64,000 nt of DNA from Alphaproteobacteria bacterium (GTDB lineage: Bacteria > Pseudomonadota > Alphaproteobacteria > UBA828): positions 96,001 through 160,000 of the forward strand of contig CAXXVO010000015.1 of assembly GCA_963422645.2 (NCBI GenBank), given 5' to 3'. Below, in pieces: positions 1-10,900 of this stretch. The notes under the pieces were generated by a model. The model had not been told where the DNA came from. It ran no database searches and was given only the letters and a program-made list of their open reading frames with translations. Each line of letters begins with the position of its first letter. Position 1 is the first letter of the stretch. Both the position numbers and the translations under genes were made by a program.

Positions 1-1386
1 GGGGGCGTAGCGACCCTTGCGATAGGTCATGATGTCGAAGCCGGCGATCGACCAGCGCTGGAAGGCAGCCGGGCTCCAGGCGCCGCGATCGAACACCACG
101 GTCGGCCGCGGCCCGGCGCCGACCTCGTCGCGGATTTTCGGGAGAACCGCGTTCTCAAGCATCGACAGCAGGTCGTCATTGGCTTCGGCGGTGACGAAGA
201 ACCAGGGCTGCGCCTGCGCGTCGTTCACCCAGGTATCGGAGGTCGCCGGCATGCACAGCCGACGCTGCGGCGACCAGGTCTTCGGGATCTTGTACTTGCG
301 GCCATGATAGGGCCGGACATGGCCGTCGACATAGAGATAGCCCAGCGCCTCGGGGCGCGCCCAACGCCGGGCCAGCGCATCGGCGAAGTGGCGCGCCTTG
401 CCCATGGCGCCGATTTCCGCGAGCTTGCGGCGCAAGGTCTTCACCTCCGGCGCGCGGTCGAGGCCGAGCAGCAGGCCGAGTTCGCCCGGCGCATGGGCTT
501 TGAGCTGCTCCGGCGTGCGTATCCGCAGCAGCGCCATGAAGGTGAGCAACAACAGCACGCTGCACAGACCGAAGAAGCCCTTCTTGAGATGGCCGTAGGC
601 TTGCTCGCCGGCCGCGAACAGGCCCTGATCCAGCACCGCCGGCAGCGCCAGCAGCACACCGGCTCCCGGCACCGCTTCCGCCGCCTGCACCTGCATCGGC
701 GCCTCCGTCAGGCGGCCGGCCATCGCCAGAGTCCGTTCCTCAATCCGCTTGACGGCAACACCGGCGCTGCACTGCGCATCCGCCGCCGAACGCAGCGACG
801 GTCCCGGCCCGGTCTCCAGGATGCCCTGTGGGAGCGACAACGATACCGGCGCTTCCGTTCGCTGAGCGCCCGGCGCCGGTGCAGCTGCAACCGAACCCTG
901 CGCCGGCCCGGCACCCTTGCCTCCTCGCGCCGTCCGCTTGCCCGGCCGCACCAGCTTGCCGGTCTTGATCGCCGCCCTGACGCACCCTTCCGAGACCCCG
1001 ACGGCACGCCCTGTTGCCGACACGCTCGCACCTGCGTCGAGCAGCTCCTGTGCCAGGGTGAGCTCGGCCCCGGCCAGCTTGTATCCTTTTCTTGGACGCG
1101 GCTTCGCGATGAGCGCCTCCAGCCCACCGTCGAGATACTTGTCACGATTGCGCCGGACGGTCTGCCCGCTGACACCCATCGCCCTTGCCAGAGCTTCGGC
1201 TGAGACCAGACGCTGTGCAGTGAGCATCGCCATTGCGTGGCGTTTCCCGAGGGCATCGTCTTCGGCATAGGTGAAGATCGGGCCCGCGCTGTTGAAAAAG
1301 ACGACCCTTCCGTCCTCTTCGACCATTGCGAGCGTCTCGGAGATGACGATGGCGTTTTCCGGCCACAGCGGAAACTGAAGCTGCAT
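1..1386 (-). CDS. putative DDE transposase with N-terminal HTH domains (3'-partial)
   Basis: Manual translation from ATG 1386: MQLQFPLWPENAIVIS...YLYVDGHVRPYHGRKYKIPK...VVFDRGAWSP, homologous to DGHVKVYSGRKG...LVFDREGWSP at 32846-34564. The frame stays open to the window edge, so it is absent from the ORF track. Confidence 0.85.
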   Translation of the reverse strand, partial: MQLQFPLWPENAIVISETLAMVEEDGRVVFFNSAGPIFTYAEDDALGKRHAMAMLTAQRLVSAEALARAMGVSGQTVRRNRDKYLDGGLEALIAKPRPRKGYKLAGAELTLAQELLDAGASVSATGRAVGVSEGCVRAAIKTGKLVRPGKRTARGGKGAGPAQGSVAAAPAPGAQRTEAPVSLSLPQGILETGPGPSLRSAADAQCSAGVAVKRIEERTLAMAGRLTEAPMQVQAAEAVPGAGVLLALPAVLDQGLFAAGEQAYGHLKKGFFGLCSVLLLLTFMALLRIRTPEQLKAHAPGELGLLLGLDRAPEVKTLRRKLAEIGAMGKARHFADALARRWARPEALGYLYVDGHVRPYHGRKYKIPKTWSPQRRLCMPATSDTWVNDAQAQPWFFVTAEANDDLLSMLENAVLPKIRDEVGAGPRPTVVFDRGAWSPAAFQRWSIAGFDIMTYRKGRYAP

Positions 1387-1638
1387 CGGCTATGTTCCTG
1401 AACCGCGTTGTGCCCCTTTGCCGCGCATTGTAAGCGAGTTCGGCTGCTCACTACGAGGCCCCTTTACAGCGCCCATATCATTGACATTAGTTGGAATACC
1501 CTGCTATTCTGACCGCTTCTTTCTGCCGCTCGTCCCGCATCTTTTCGCCTCAACACTTGACATTACGAAGGTCGGCCGGCGGTTCCCAAAACATTCTCAA
1601 TGATTCAATCACTTACCAGCGTAATGTCAGGAGTTCTG
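1..1638 (-). mobile_element. IS-like element (partial, runs off the left edge), related to the 2.5-kb element at 32.8-40.3 kb; inserted into the MTase gene of IS66-MTase copy 1
   Basis: End reads CAGAACTCCTGAC (rc of 1626-1638), similar to CAGACTTCCTGAC of the 32847-35359 element. From 1639 (ACCTT) the sequence matches copy 3 from 37977 onward. Confidence 0.85.
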
Positions 1639-2216
1639 ACCTTGGGGGCGGGGCGCTGATGAAGCGCAAGCCGCCGGCCGTGCGTTCGATCGGCATCGAC
1701 CGCGATGCGCAGGCGCTCGAGGCCTTCGTCTGCGACTACCCGGTCGATCTGGTTCACGGCTGTGCCCATGACTTCCTGGCCTCGTTCCCGTTCCTGGGCC
1801 CGGAGCTGGTTTACAGCGATCCGCCCTATCTGCACGCGACCCGCCGCTCGGCGCAGCGCTACCGCTTCGAGTACGAGGAGGCCGGCCACGTCGCGCTTCT
1901 CGCGCTGCTCAAGGCTCTGCCCTGCCAGGTCATGATCTCGGGCCATCCGTCGGCGCTCTATGACGAGGTGCTGGCGGGATGGCGCCGGCTGGCGCTGCAG
2001 GTCACGACCCAGGGTCTGGTGCGAACCGAGGTCGTCTGGTTCAACTACGCCCCCGACCGGATGCATTGGGCCAGCCACGCAGGCCGGAACTTCACCGACC
2101 GCCAGCGCATCAAGCGCAAGGCAGCCAACTGGGGCCGGCGCTACCAGGCCTTGCCGCCGGGCGAACGCCTCGCCGTGCTCGCCGCCATGATGGCCGTCGA
2201 GGCCGAAGACACGTGA
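1639..2216 (+). pseudogene. DNA adenine methyltransferase, interrupted near codon 30 (in motif I)
   Basis: Same as 37889-38554 from LGGGALMKRK onward; the N-terminus is replaced by IS-end sequence. Confidence 0.88.
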
Positions 2217-3751
2217 CGGTGTCGCACTGGCACGAAGACCTCGCCGCCCGTAACGAGGCCTTCTGCTGCCTGAAGGAGCTTCTCGAGCCATCATCCCTCG
2301 CAACCACTGTCGTCGTTGCCGTCCGGGAATGGGGGCAGGGGCTGCTGCGATCAGCCACCGCGCTCGCCCGGGAAAATGCCGCACTCGAGCAGGAGAACGC
2401 GGCCCTGCGCGAGCGCATCGCCGAACTCGAGCGCAGCGCGGCCCTCAACAGCACCACAAGCAGCAAGCCCCCCGCCAGCGACGGGCTCAAGAAGAAAAGC
2501 GGAGCCCAGAGGCGCACCCAAAGCCAGCGCGGAAAGTCCGGCGGGCCCAGTGGCGGCCAGCCCGGCCACAAGGGAACCACCCTCGCGCGGAGCGACAGCC
2601 CGGACCGTGTCGTCGATCACCACCCCTCCACCTGTTCCGGCTGTGGCGTCGAGCTCTCGGACGCCGACCGGCAAGGCGCGCCCGCCTGTCGGCAGGTCTT
2701 CGACGTACCCGAGCCGCAGCCTCTCGAGGTCACCGAACACCGCGCCCATCGCTGCCTCTGCGGCGCATGCGGCACGCTGACACGAGCCGCCTTCCCGCCG
2801 GGCGTCACCGCCCCGGTCCAGTACGGCCCTCGCATCACCGCTTGGGTGAGTTACCTGCTGTACGCCCAGTTCGTGCCCGAGAAGCGTCTGGCCGAACTCA
2901 TGAGCGACATCTTCGCGGTGTCCATCTCCACTGCCACGATCGCCGCCATGGGCCGGCGCACAGCGCAGCGCTTCGAGGGCTTCCTCGACCATGTCGCCGA
3001 TCTGATCCGCACGCAGGCGCCGGTCAAGCACCTCGACGAGACCGGCCTGCGTATCGCCGCCCGTACCCGCTGGCTCCATGTGCTGTGCACCCCGTTGCTC
3101 ACCGTCCTGCGCATCGGCGAGGGACGCGGCGATGTCGAAAAGAACCTGAAAGGCATCCTCGTCCACGACGACTTCGCCCCCTACTTCACCATCAAGGGCG
3201 TCCGCCACGGCGCCTGCAACGCACATCACCTGCGCGAACTCCAGGCCCTGATCGACATCGAGAAGGAGGAATGGGCGGCGAGCATGCACCGCCTGCTTCA
3301 GCGCGCGCGCAGGGCCGCCCGCTTCGCCCGTGAGAAAGACCGTCAAGTCCCCGCCTCCCTGGTGGCCCGCATCTCAAGGGCATGGGACCGTATCCTCGAA
3401 GAAGCCATCGCCTTCCATGAGGCCCAACCGCCGCTCCAGATCGCAAAGCGAGGGCGAAAGAAACGCCGCATCGGCCACAACCTCGCGCGCCGCCTTCAAA
3501 AGCATAAGGAGGGCTGCCTGCGCTTCCTCACCGACCTGCGCACGCCGTTCACGAATAACGAGGCGGAGCGTGACATCCGTATGAACAAAGTGCATGAGAA
3601 GATCTCAGGCGGCTTCCGCTCCCTGCAAGGCGCCTGCAACTTCGCCGGAATGCGCAGCGTCATCGTCACCGCTCGAAAGCAAGGCTGGAACATCCTGCAA
3701 ATCCTGGCGCACCCGGAACCGATGCAGCTGATCCCTATACTGCGCTCCTGA
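2213..3751 (+). CDS. IS66 family transposase (TnpC-like)
   Basis: Coiled coil, NS..SSKPP.SD, GGQPGHKG, CxxC...CxC zinc finger, DETG, CNAHHLREL, TNNEAERDIR. The GTG start overlaps the MTase TGA (GTGA). Confidence 0.93.
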   Translation: MTVSHWHEDLAARNEAFCCLKELLEPSSLATTVVVAVREWGQGLLRSATALARENAALEQENAALRERIAELERSAALNSTTSSKPPASDGLKKKSGAQRRTQSQRGKSGGPSGGQPGHKGTTLARSDSPDRVVDHHPSTCSGCGVELSDADRQGAPACRQVFDVPEPQPLEVTEHRAHRCLCGACGTLTRAAFPPGVTAPVQYGPRITAWVSYLLYAQFVPEKRLAELMSDIFAVSISTATIAAMGRRTAQRFEGFLDHVADLIRTQAPVKHLDETGLRIAARTRWLHVLCTPLLTVLRIGEGRGDVEKNLKGILVHDDFAPYFTIKGVRHGACNAHHLRELQALIDIEKEEWAASMHRLLQRARRAARFAREKDRQVPASLVARISRAWDRILEEAIAFHEAQPPLQIAKRGRKKRRIGHNLARRLQKHKEGCLRFLTDLRTPFTNNEAERDIRMNKVHEKISGGFRSLQGACNFAGMRSVIVTARKQGWNILQILAHPEPMQLIPILRS

Positions 3752-3912
3752 ACTTCTCCGGCTCATCCTGAGTATCGCTGTCCTCTCATCTTGTTCGCGA
3801 CGCGGCGTTCATCATCCTCTCGCGCTCAAGAGAGTAGGCACCCCCGCGGCGTGGGGGCGTTGACGCAAAAGGAACTGGCTTGTTCCATAAGAGAGAGGGG
3901 GTACCTGGGCAG

Positions 3913-4206
3913 TTACGATGAATCATCGAACGCGGACATCCGCTTGAGCGATGACGCGCGGCGTTCGGCCCGAGCCTCCCGTTCCCAAGCTGCGACATCG
4001 ACCCCCTGCGCCTTGAGCGAGGCCTGCCAGCGATCGAGAGCCTCCAGCTTGTTCTTCACGCGCTGATTCTCGTCACCCGCCGCCGCGCGGATTGCGCGAC
4101 GCAGCACTTCGGATTTCGACACGTTCCAGCGGCGCGCGAGCGACTCCAGCGTGCGCACGGTCTCGACATCCAGCGAATAGGTCGATTTGATCGTCGTTAC
4201 GACCAT
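3913..4206 (-). CDS. CopG/ribbon-helix-helix protein, probable TA antitoxin
   Basis: STYSLDVETVRTLESLARRWNVSKSEVLRRAI fits the RHH pattern. The stop codon is supplied by the IS end. A downstream ATG ATT CAT C (MIHL-like PIN start) is cut by the IS. Confidence 0.75.
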   Translation of the reverse strand: MVVTTIKSTYSLDVETVRTLESLARRWNVSKSEVLRRAIRAAAGDENQRVKNKLEALDRWQASLKAQGVDVAAWEREARAERRASSLKRMSAFDDSS

Positions 4207-4213
4207 AACGCTA

Positions 4214-4240
4214 AGTATGGCCGTACTCCAACTATGTCAA
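4214..4240 (-). promoter_or_regulatory. putative promoter/operator of the TA operon
   Basis: TTGACA (4240-4235) and imperfect palindrome AGTATGGCCGTACT (4214-4227) just upstream of ATG 4206. Confidence 0.45.
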
Positions 4241-4249
4241 GCCAACGAG

Positions 4250-5434
4250 TCAGGAGCCGGCAAAATAACGCTCCAGAACGCCGAGATAGATGTCCGCGAG
4301 CCGCTCCATCGCCTCCACCGGCACGCACTCGTCGGTGCGGTGCATGGTCCGGCCGATCAGGCCGAACTCGGCGACCGGGCAATAATCTTTGATGAAGCGC
4401 GCGTCCGAGGTGCCGCCGGTGGTGCTGAGAGTGGGGGTCCTGCCGGTCACGGCAGTCACGGAGTCGGCGACAATCGTGCTGAGCCGGCCCGGCGGGGTCA
4501 CGAAAGCCTCGCCCGAGACCTCGGTCACGAGCTCGTAGGGCTCGCCGGCCGCATCGAGGCATGCGCGGATGGTGCGCTTGAGACTCGTCCCGGTGTGGCG
4601 GTCGTTGAAGCGGACGTTGAAGCGCGCCGCTGCTGCACCGGGAATGATGTTCGTCGCCTCGTTGCCGACATCGATGGAGGTGAGCTCAATCCGGCTCGGC
4701 TGGAAGTGATCCGTGCCCTGGTCCAGCTCCAGCGCAAGCAGGGCATTGAGCAGGGTCACAAGACGGGGCAGGGGGTTGTCGGCGAGCATGGGATAGGCCA
4801 CGTGCCCCTGGCGGCCGGCGACGCGCAGTGTGCCGTTGAGGCTGCCGCGCCGGCCGATCTTCACCATCTCGCCGACCTCGTCGGGGTTGGTCGGCTCCCC
4901 AACCAGGCAGACATCGAGGGTCTCGCCTTGCGCGCCGAGCCAGTCCAACACCTTGCGCGTGCCGTTGACCGCCGGCCCCTCCTCGTCGCCGGTGATCAGC
5001 AGGCTGATGGGACCGGCCACGGCGCCGCCTGCGCCGAAGCGCGCCACTGCGGCGACGAAGGCCGCGATCGCCCCTTTCATGTCGCTCGCACCGCGCCCGT
5101 AGAGCACGCCGTCCTCCACTTGCGCCGCGAAGGGCTCGCGGGTCCAACCCGCACGATCCCCCGTTGGCACCACGTCGGTGTGGCCCGCGAAGCAGAAGTT
5201 GGGCCGGCCCTCGCCCCGCCTCGCGAAGAGGTTATCGACCCGCGCCGTGCCCGGCTCCTCGAAAGGCAGGCGGTGACACGTGAAGCCGAGCGTCTGGAGC
5301 GCGCCTTGAAGCACGTCGAGCGCGCCGCCATCCGCCGGCGTTACGCTCTCGCAGCGGATCAGCGCGCGGGCGAGCGCCAGCGGATGCGCGAGCGCCTCAG
5401 CGGATGCCAGGTCCTCCGTGCTCGCCCCGCTCAA
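4250..5434 (-). CDS. dapE: succinyl-diaminopimelate desuccinylase
   Basis: [35 protein letters not shown]; TTG start overlaps the dapD stop. Confidence 0.95.
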   Translation of the reverse strand: MSGASTEDLASAEALAHPLALARALIRCESVTPADGGALDVLQGALQTLGFTCHRLPFEEPGTARVDNLFARRGEGRPNFCFAGHTDVVPTGDRAGWTREPFAAQVEDGVLYGRGASDMKGAIAAFVAAVARFGAGGAVAGPISLLITGDEEGPAVNGTRKVLDWLGAQGETLDVCLVGEPTNPDEVGEMVKIGRRGSLNGTLRVAGRQGHVAYPMLADNPLPRLVTLLNALLALELDQGTDHFQPSRIELTSIDVGNEATNIIPGAAAARFNVRFNDRHTGTSLKRTIRACLDAAGEPYELVTEVSGEAFVTPPGRLSTIVADSVTAVTGRTPTLSTTGGTSDARFIKDYCPVAEFGLIGRTMHRTDECVPVEAMERLADIYLGVLERYFAGS

Positions 5435-6276
5435 TTGCGAAGTAGCTCGTTGATCGAGGTCTTGGCCCGCGTGCCCGCGTCCACCCGCTTGACGATCACC
5501 GCGCAATAGAGGCTGGGGCCGGGCGAGCCGTCCGGAAGCGGCTTGCCCGGCAGCGAGCCCGGCACGACCACCGAGTAGGAAGGAATGCGCCCACGATGGA
5601 CCTCGCCGGTCTCACGGTCGATCACCCGCGTCGAGGCGCCGACGTAGACGCCCATCGACAGCACCGCGCCCTGCTCGACGATGACGCCTTCGGCCACCTC
5701 GCTGCGCGCGCCGACGAAGCAGTCGTCCTCGATGATCACCGGGTTCGCCTGGAGCGGCTCCAGCACGCCGCCGATCCCAGCGCCGCCGGAGATGTGGCAG
5801 TTCTTGCCGATCTGCGCGCAGCTCCCCACCGTGGCCCAGGTGTCGACCATGGTGCCGCTGTCCACGTAGGCGCCGATGTTCACGAAGGACGGCATCAGCA
5901 CCACACCGGGCGCGACGTATGCCGAGCGCCGCACAATGGCGCTGGGCACTGCACGGAAGCCTGCCTCTTGAAACCGGGCCTCGTCCCAGCCCGCGAACTT
6001 GGACGGCACCTTGTCGTACCAAGGCGTATCGGCCCCCGGCCCCCCCGGAATCGTCGCCATGTCGTTGAGCCGAAAGGAGAGCAGCACCGCCTTCTTCAGC
6101 CACTGATTGACGATCCACTCGTTGTCCCGCTTTTCAGCGACACGCGCCTCGCCGGAATCGAGCAGGGCGAGAGCGGCCTCCACCGCCTCCGCCGCGGCAC
6201 CGCCGCTCGTGGGCGAGAGCGTGTCGCGCTCCTCCCAGGCGGCTTCCACCGCGTGTTCGAGGTCTGCTGTATTCAC
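5431..6276 (-). CDS. dapD: tetrahydrodipicolinate N-succinyltransferase
   Basis: [41 protein letters not shown]; GTG start with GGGAGAGG upstream. Confidence 0.96.
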   Translation of the reverse strand: MNTADLEHAVEAAWEERDTLSPTSGGAAAEAVEAALALLDSGEARVAEKRDNEWIVNQWLKKAVLLSFRLNDMATIPGGPGADTPWYDKVPSKFAGWDEARFQEAGFRAVPSAIVRRSAYVAPGVVLMPSFVNIGAYVDSGTMVDTWATVGSCAQIGKNCHISGGAGIGGVLEPLQANPVIIEDDCFVGARSEVAEGVIVEQGAVLSMGVYVGASTRVIDRETGEVHRGRIPSYSVVVPGSLPGKPLPDGSPGPSLYCAVIVKRVDAGTRAKTSINELLRN

Positions 6277-6299
6277 GGGCCTCTCCCTTGCTCCTTGCT

Positions 6300-7019
6300 T
6301 CAGCCGCCCGTGCCGTCCGCCGCCGGCGCGGGTAGCGCGGCGAGCCAGGCGGGTAGATCGTCGGTCACGTAATCGGGCGTGATTTGCTCCGCGCCGGACG
6401 ACGCCCAAGCGCTGTCGTTTTGCACCCAAACGGTGGCCATTCCGAGCGCGGCTGCCGGCGCGAGGTTACGCAGAATGTCCTCGAAGAAGATGGCCCGCGT
6501 GGGCTCGACGTCGTGCACGTCCGCGAGCCGCGCATAGGCTTCGGGATAGGGCTTCGGCACCCAGTCAGCTGCTTCGATATCGTAGATCTCGCTGAAGTGG
6601 TGGCCGATGCCGAGCCGTGCCATCACGCGCTTGGCGTAGGGGGCATCGGCGTTGGTGAAGACCAGCTTGCGGCCGGGCAGCCGGCCCAGCGCCGTCTCCA
6701 GGATCTCGCTCCGCGCGATGGGCGTGAGATCGATGTCGTGCACATAGTCGAGAAAGGGCGCGGGCTCCATGCCGTGCTTGAGCATGAGGCCGCGCAGCGT
6801 GGTGCCGTATTTACGGAAGTAGCCCTTCTGCAGCTTGTGGGCCTCCTCCCGATCCACATCGAATGCGCTGGCGATGTAGTCGCCGATGCGTTGGCTGACC
6901 TGGTCGAAGAGGTGCGAGCTCGACGGATAGAGGGTGTTGTCGAGATCGAATATCCAGGTGTCGATGTGAGCGAGGTCGGCGCCGCCCGGTGCCGTGCGCG
7001 CGCCGTCGGTCAGTTGCAT
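6300..7019 (-). CDS. pyrimidine 5'-nucleotidase (HAD family)
   Basis: [29 protein letters not shown]; usual dapD neighbour in Alphaproteobacteria. Confidence 0.9.
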   Translation of the reverse strand: MQLTDGARTAPGGADLAHIDTWIFDLDNTLYPSSSHLFDQVSQRIGDYIASAFDVDREEAHKLQKGYFRKYGTTLRGLMLKHGMEPAPFLDYVHDIDLTPIARSEILETALGRLPGRKLVFTNADAPYAKRVMARLGIGHHFSEIYDIEAADWVPKPYPEAYARLADVHDVEPTRAIFFEDILRNLAPAAALGMATVWVQNDSAWASSGAEQITPDYVTDDLPAWLAALPAPAADGTGG

Positions 7020-7531
7020 TGGCCGCTGGAGCCCTCCGCGCACACCTTGTTGCCATCAATCCAGCGCGCCCCGCTGAGGTCGGCCTTGAGAAAATCGGTG
7101 GTGTCGAGCCGGGCGCCGGTGAAGTCGGCACCGCGCAGGTCGGCGCGGAAGAAGCGCGCGCGGCGGAGATCGGCGCCCTCGAACGAGGCGCCGGAGAGGT
7201 CCGACTTGGTGAAGTCGGTGCCGATCAGGCGCGCGCCGGCCCAGTTCGTATCCACCAGGACGGCGTCAGTGAACTTGGCGCGCCGGGCGTCGACGGCGCT
7301 GAAGTCGGCTCCGGTGAGGTCCGAGCGCGCGAAAAACCCGTCGCGCAGCGTGGCCCCGGCGAGGTCGACGTCGACGAAGGTCCGGTTGTCGAGAAGGCAG
7401 CGCCGCCAATCGACGCCTGGTTGCGGCGTGTCCGTGCACGCGGCTTGCGCGCCGGGTGCCGCGAGCGCAAGCAACGCCCCGATCAGCCCCGCCACCACGA
7501 CACTCGCTCGCCTCATTCTACCGGACACCAC
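7010..7531 (-). CDS. secreted pentapeptide-repeat protein
   Basis: Signal peptide, A(D/N)LxG-type repeats, flanking cysteines. Confidence 0.88.
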   Translation of the reverse strand: MVSGRMRRASVVVAGLIGALLALAAPGAQAACTDTPQPGVDWRRCLLDNRTFVDVDLAGATLRDGFFARSDLTGADFSAVDARRAKFTDAVLVDTNWAGARLIGTDFTKSDLSGASFEGADLRRARFFRADLRGADFTGARLDTTDFLKADLSGARWIDGNKVCAEGSSGQCN

Positions 7532-7554
7532 CTGAACCTATCCCGACGTGCCGC

Positions 7555-7779
7555 TCAGTCGCCCTTTGGGCCCAGTCTGTCGCCGCCCTCGGGCTCGTCG
7601 GCCTCATGATCGATCCGCTTACCGTCCTGCGCGCCATCGCCCCGGGCTGCCTCGACCTGCGTTGCTTGTCTTTCCGCCTTGGTGCGCCCTGTCCGCGCAC
7701 GGTTCGCCGCGCGTTGCTGCGCCTTCGCCGCCCTGTCGCGCTTCTTACGGAACTGGTTCAGGTTGACGACATCGCCCAT
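7555..7779 (-). CDS. DUF4169-like small basic protein
   Basis: MGDVVNLNQFRKKRDR...ANRARTGRTKAER signature. Confidence 0.8.
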   Translation of the reverse strand: MGDVVNLNQFRKKRDRAAKAQQRAANRARTGRTKAERQATQVEAARGDGAQDGKRIDHEADEPEGGDRLGPKGD

Positions 7780-7963
7780 GACCAAAGGCCTTTCGGTACG
7801 CCGGCAAACATGGTCTAAGAAACGCGGGGCCTCCCATCCGATCAGACCCGTCCGATCGAGAGGCAAGCCTAGACGAAATGATTGGGGCTGTTAACCGGAG
7901 TCGACCGGGCCGGCATCGCTCGGGCAAAGTGCCCGTCCTCTCCGCCTCGAGGCATGGCCAACG

Positions 7964-10900
7964 GTGAAATTCGTTTACGGCATCCTTGTCTTTCTGGCTC
8001 TCGTCGTCGCCGCTCTCTTTCTCGTGCCGTCATTCCTCGATTGGGAGGAGTTCAAGCCCGAGATTTCCGAGCGCCTTGAGGCCATCACGGGGCGCACGCT
8101 AACGATCGACGGCCCGCTCAAGGTCTCGATATTGCCCACGCCAACGATCGAGGCGACCGACCTGCGCCTCGCCAACGTGCCTGGCGCGGCCAGCCCGGAT
8201 ATGGCGCGGATCAAGTCGCTCGATCTCAGGCTCGCGCTCGGGCGGCTCCTCGGTGGCGAAATCGCTGTCACAGGCCTTGCAATCGACGAACCCGTGATCG
8301 AGCTGCAGCGTCTCGCCGATGGTCGCCCCAACTGGCTCTTCGAAAGCATGCCGGGGCCGGTGACCGAGGGGAACGCTGCGGAGGAAGCCGAGTTCGGCCT
8401 TGAATTGACCAGGCTCGACTCCGCGACGATCACGAACGGTGCAATCGTCTATCGCCATGCCGACGGTCGGCCGCCGGAGCGGATCGAGGGGATCGACGCA
8501 ACCCTCTCCGCCCGCACGCTCAACGGACCCTTCCGTGGAGACGGCACATTCATTGTGCGCGGCCGGCCGGTCGCGTTCCAGCTCGCGACAAGCACGCTAA
8601 GTGACGACGGCACCATGCCGATCTCGGTCGAAGCCGTCTTCGGCGATGAAGGGGGCCGCGCGCTGTTCGAGGGCACCGTGCGCGGCAATGGCGAGGTGCC
8701 CGCCTTCGACGGCAATGTGCGCCTTGAGGCGGCTGACTTCGGCTCGCTGCTGAGCGAACTCGACGTGGATCTCGGCGCGCTGCCGGCGGCGCCGTTGGCC
8801 ACCGAATTCGACGCCAAGGCGGCGCTCAGCCTGAACACCGAGACCATCGCCACGCGGGATATTCAACTGCGTCTTGGCGAGAGCCAGGCGAACGGAGCGC
8901 TCTCCTGGCAGGGCGGCGACGTGCCGCGGCTCGTCGCCGAGATCGACCTCAATCGGCTCGACCTGGATCAGTTCCTGCCGGCCGAAGACACACCGCAGGC
9001 GGCCGCCGGTACCGGTCAGTCTGACGAAGCGCAGCCGCTCGCCGCCCTGCAAAGCATCTCCGGTGACATTCGGGAAGTGATTCCCGGCGACGTTGCGGCG
9101 GCGGTCGACCTCAAGATCGGCACCCTCACCTGGCGCGAGGGTATCATTCGCCAGGCCCGGACGCAACTTGCGCTGGCCGACGGCACGGTCGCGATCCAGC
9201 AGGCCTCTGCGCTCCTGCCCGGCGGCACCCAGGTTCAATTCGCTGGCCAACTGACGCGAGGTGGCGATCGTCCGTGGCTCGACGGCGTGGCCGATATCGC
9301 GGCCGACGATCTGCGTGCCGTCCTCTCCTGGCTCGGCGTGGATGTGGGCGATGTCCCGGCGGATCGGCTGCGTGTCCTCAGCGCGAGCGCCGATCTCTCC
9401 GCCGATGGCAACCAGTTCTCGGCATCCCACCTGGACGTCAGAGTCGATACCACGCGGATCGCCGGCAACGCGGCCCTTGCAGCGGGCGAGCGGCCACGCG
9501 TCACCGCCTCCCTCGCAGCCGACACGGTCAATCTCGACGCCTATCTGCCCGCAGCCGGCAACGCGGCCGACGGATCGCAGGAAACCGCGCAGGCAGAGCC
9601 GGAGAACACCGACACTGACGTATGGGCCGGGCTCGCCGATGTCGACGCGAATGTCTTGCTCATGATGGATGCGCTGACCTACGACGGTGTGCGCCTGGCC
9701 GGACTGGAGCTCAGCGCCGCCCTCAATGATGGCGACCTGACCCTGCGTCGGGCATCGGTGGCGGATGCAGCAGGCGCCAGCGTCTCCGTCACAGGCACCG
9801 GGCGCACGCTCTGGACGGCGCCCCGCTTCGATCTCGCGATCGAAGGCGCGGCCGACTCCCTCGATGGCGTCACCGCGCTTCTCGACATCGATCCCGACAT
9901 TCGTACCGAGGCGTTCGGCAAGATCGCGCTCAACGGCACTGCAGCCGGCGGCGAGGACGCCTTGTCGCTCGACCTTACCCTTGCGGCCGGCACCGCCGAG
10001 GCAACGCTGCGAGGCACCATCGACGAGCCCTTGGGCACGCCGGCCGGTGCCCTGGCGTTCAGTCTCCGTGCCTCGGATTCCGGAGCGCTGGCCCGCACCC
10101 TTGGGCTCACGCCACCTGCCGTCGTCGGTCGGCTGGGCGGGCTGGCGGTCGATGGCGGGATCGGCGGCGATCTCGATTCCATCGCAATCGATCTCAGTGG
10201 CGAGACCGCCGGCGCAACGCTGAAGATCGCCGGAAAGGTCACGGACCTGCTCGCCTCGCCGGGTTACAGCGTCGACGTCGATCTCGCTCATCCCAGCGGC
10301 GAGGACCTGGTCGAGACCGTGATCGGCGAGCCGATGGCCGGCGCCACCCTCGGCGCCGTGCGCCTGGTCGGCAAGGTCTCGGGAGATCGGACAGTGGCCA
10401 ACCTCGCCGGCATCGAAGCGGCGATCGGCGACAGCACGCTGGCTGGCGATATCTTCCTCCGCCTGGATCAGGAGCCAACCGCTTTCCACGCGGACATGCG
10501 CTCCGGTCTGCTCGACCTCGCGTGGGTCGGCGGCGGCCTCGCGGCAACGGACGGCAGCTCGGGTGCCGACACCGAAGTCGTTGAACTGGGATCGGAGCGG
10601 TGGTCCGACGAGCCGATCGACTTCGCGCTCCTCGATCGGCTCTCCGGCACGCTCGCTCTCGACGCAGAGGCGCTGGTGCTCGGCCCCCACCGCATCGAGC
10701 AAGCCGTTATCGACCTCGCCGCGGCCGAGGGCACGCTGACTCTGCGCTCGCTCGAAGGGCGGCTCTTCGGGGGCGCACTGAAAGCCGACGGCAGCCTGGC
10801 CGGAGGGCCGGCGCCGTCCGGGCAAGCGGCGGTTCGGCTCGTCGATGCGGACATCGGCGCCATTCTGCGCGAGGCTGCGGACGGTCGCGCGGTCTCCGGC

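Larger units (their letters stand above)
1639..3916 (+). mobile_element. IS66-family element carrying a DNA methyltransferase, copy 1 (first 230 bp displaced by the insertion)
   Basis: Matches 37977-40254; right IR ...GGGGTACCTGGGCAGTTAC ends at 3916. Confidence 0.92.

Noticed and set aside
1979-2212. N-terminal 78 aa of the 590-aa transposase ORF (also in copies 2 and 3)
   Set aside because: Out-of-frame overlap with the MTase; the GTGA-coupled start at 2213 is more plausible.
1491-2216. 241-aa ORF read as a longer methyltransferase
   Set aside because: Chimera: the first ~50 aa are IS-end sequence joined at 1639 to the broken MTase.
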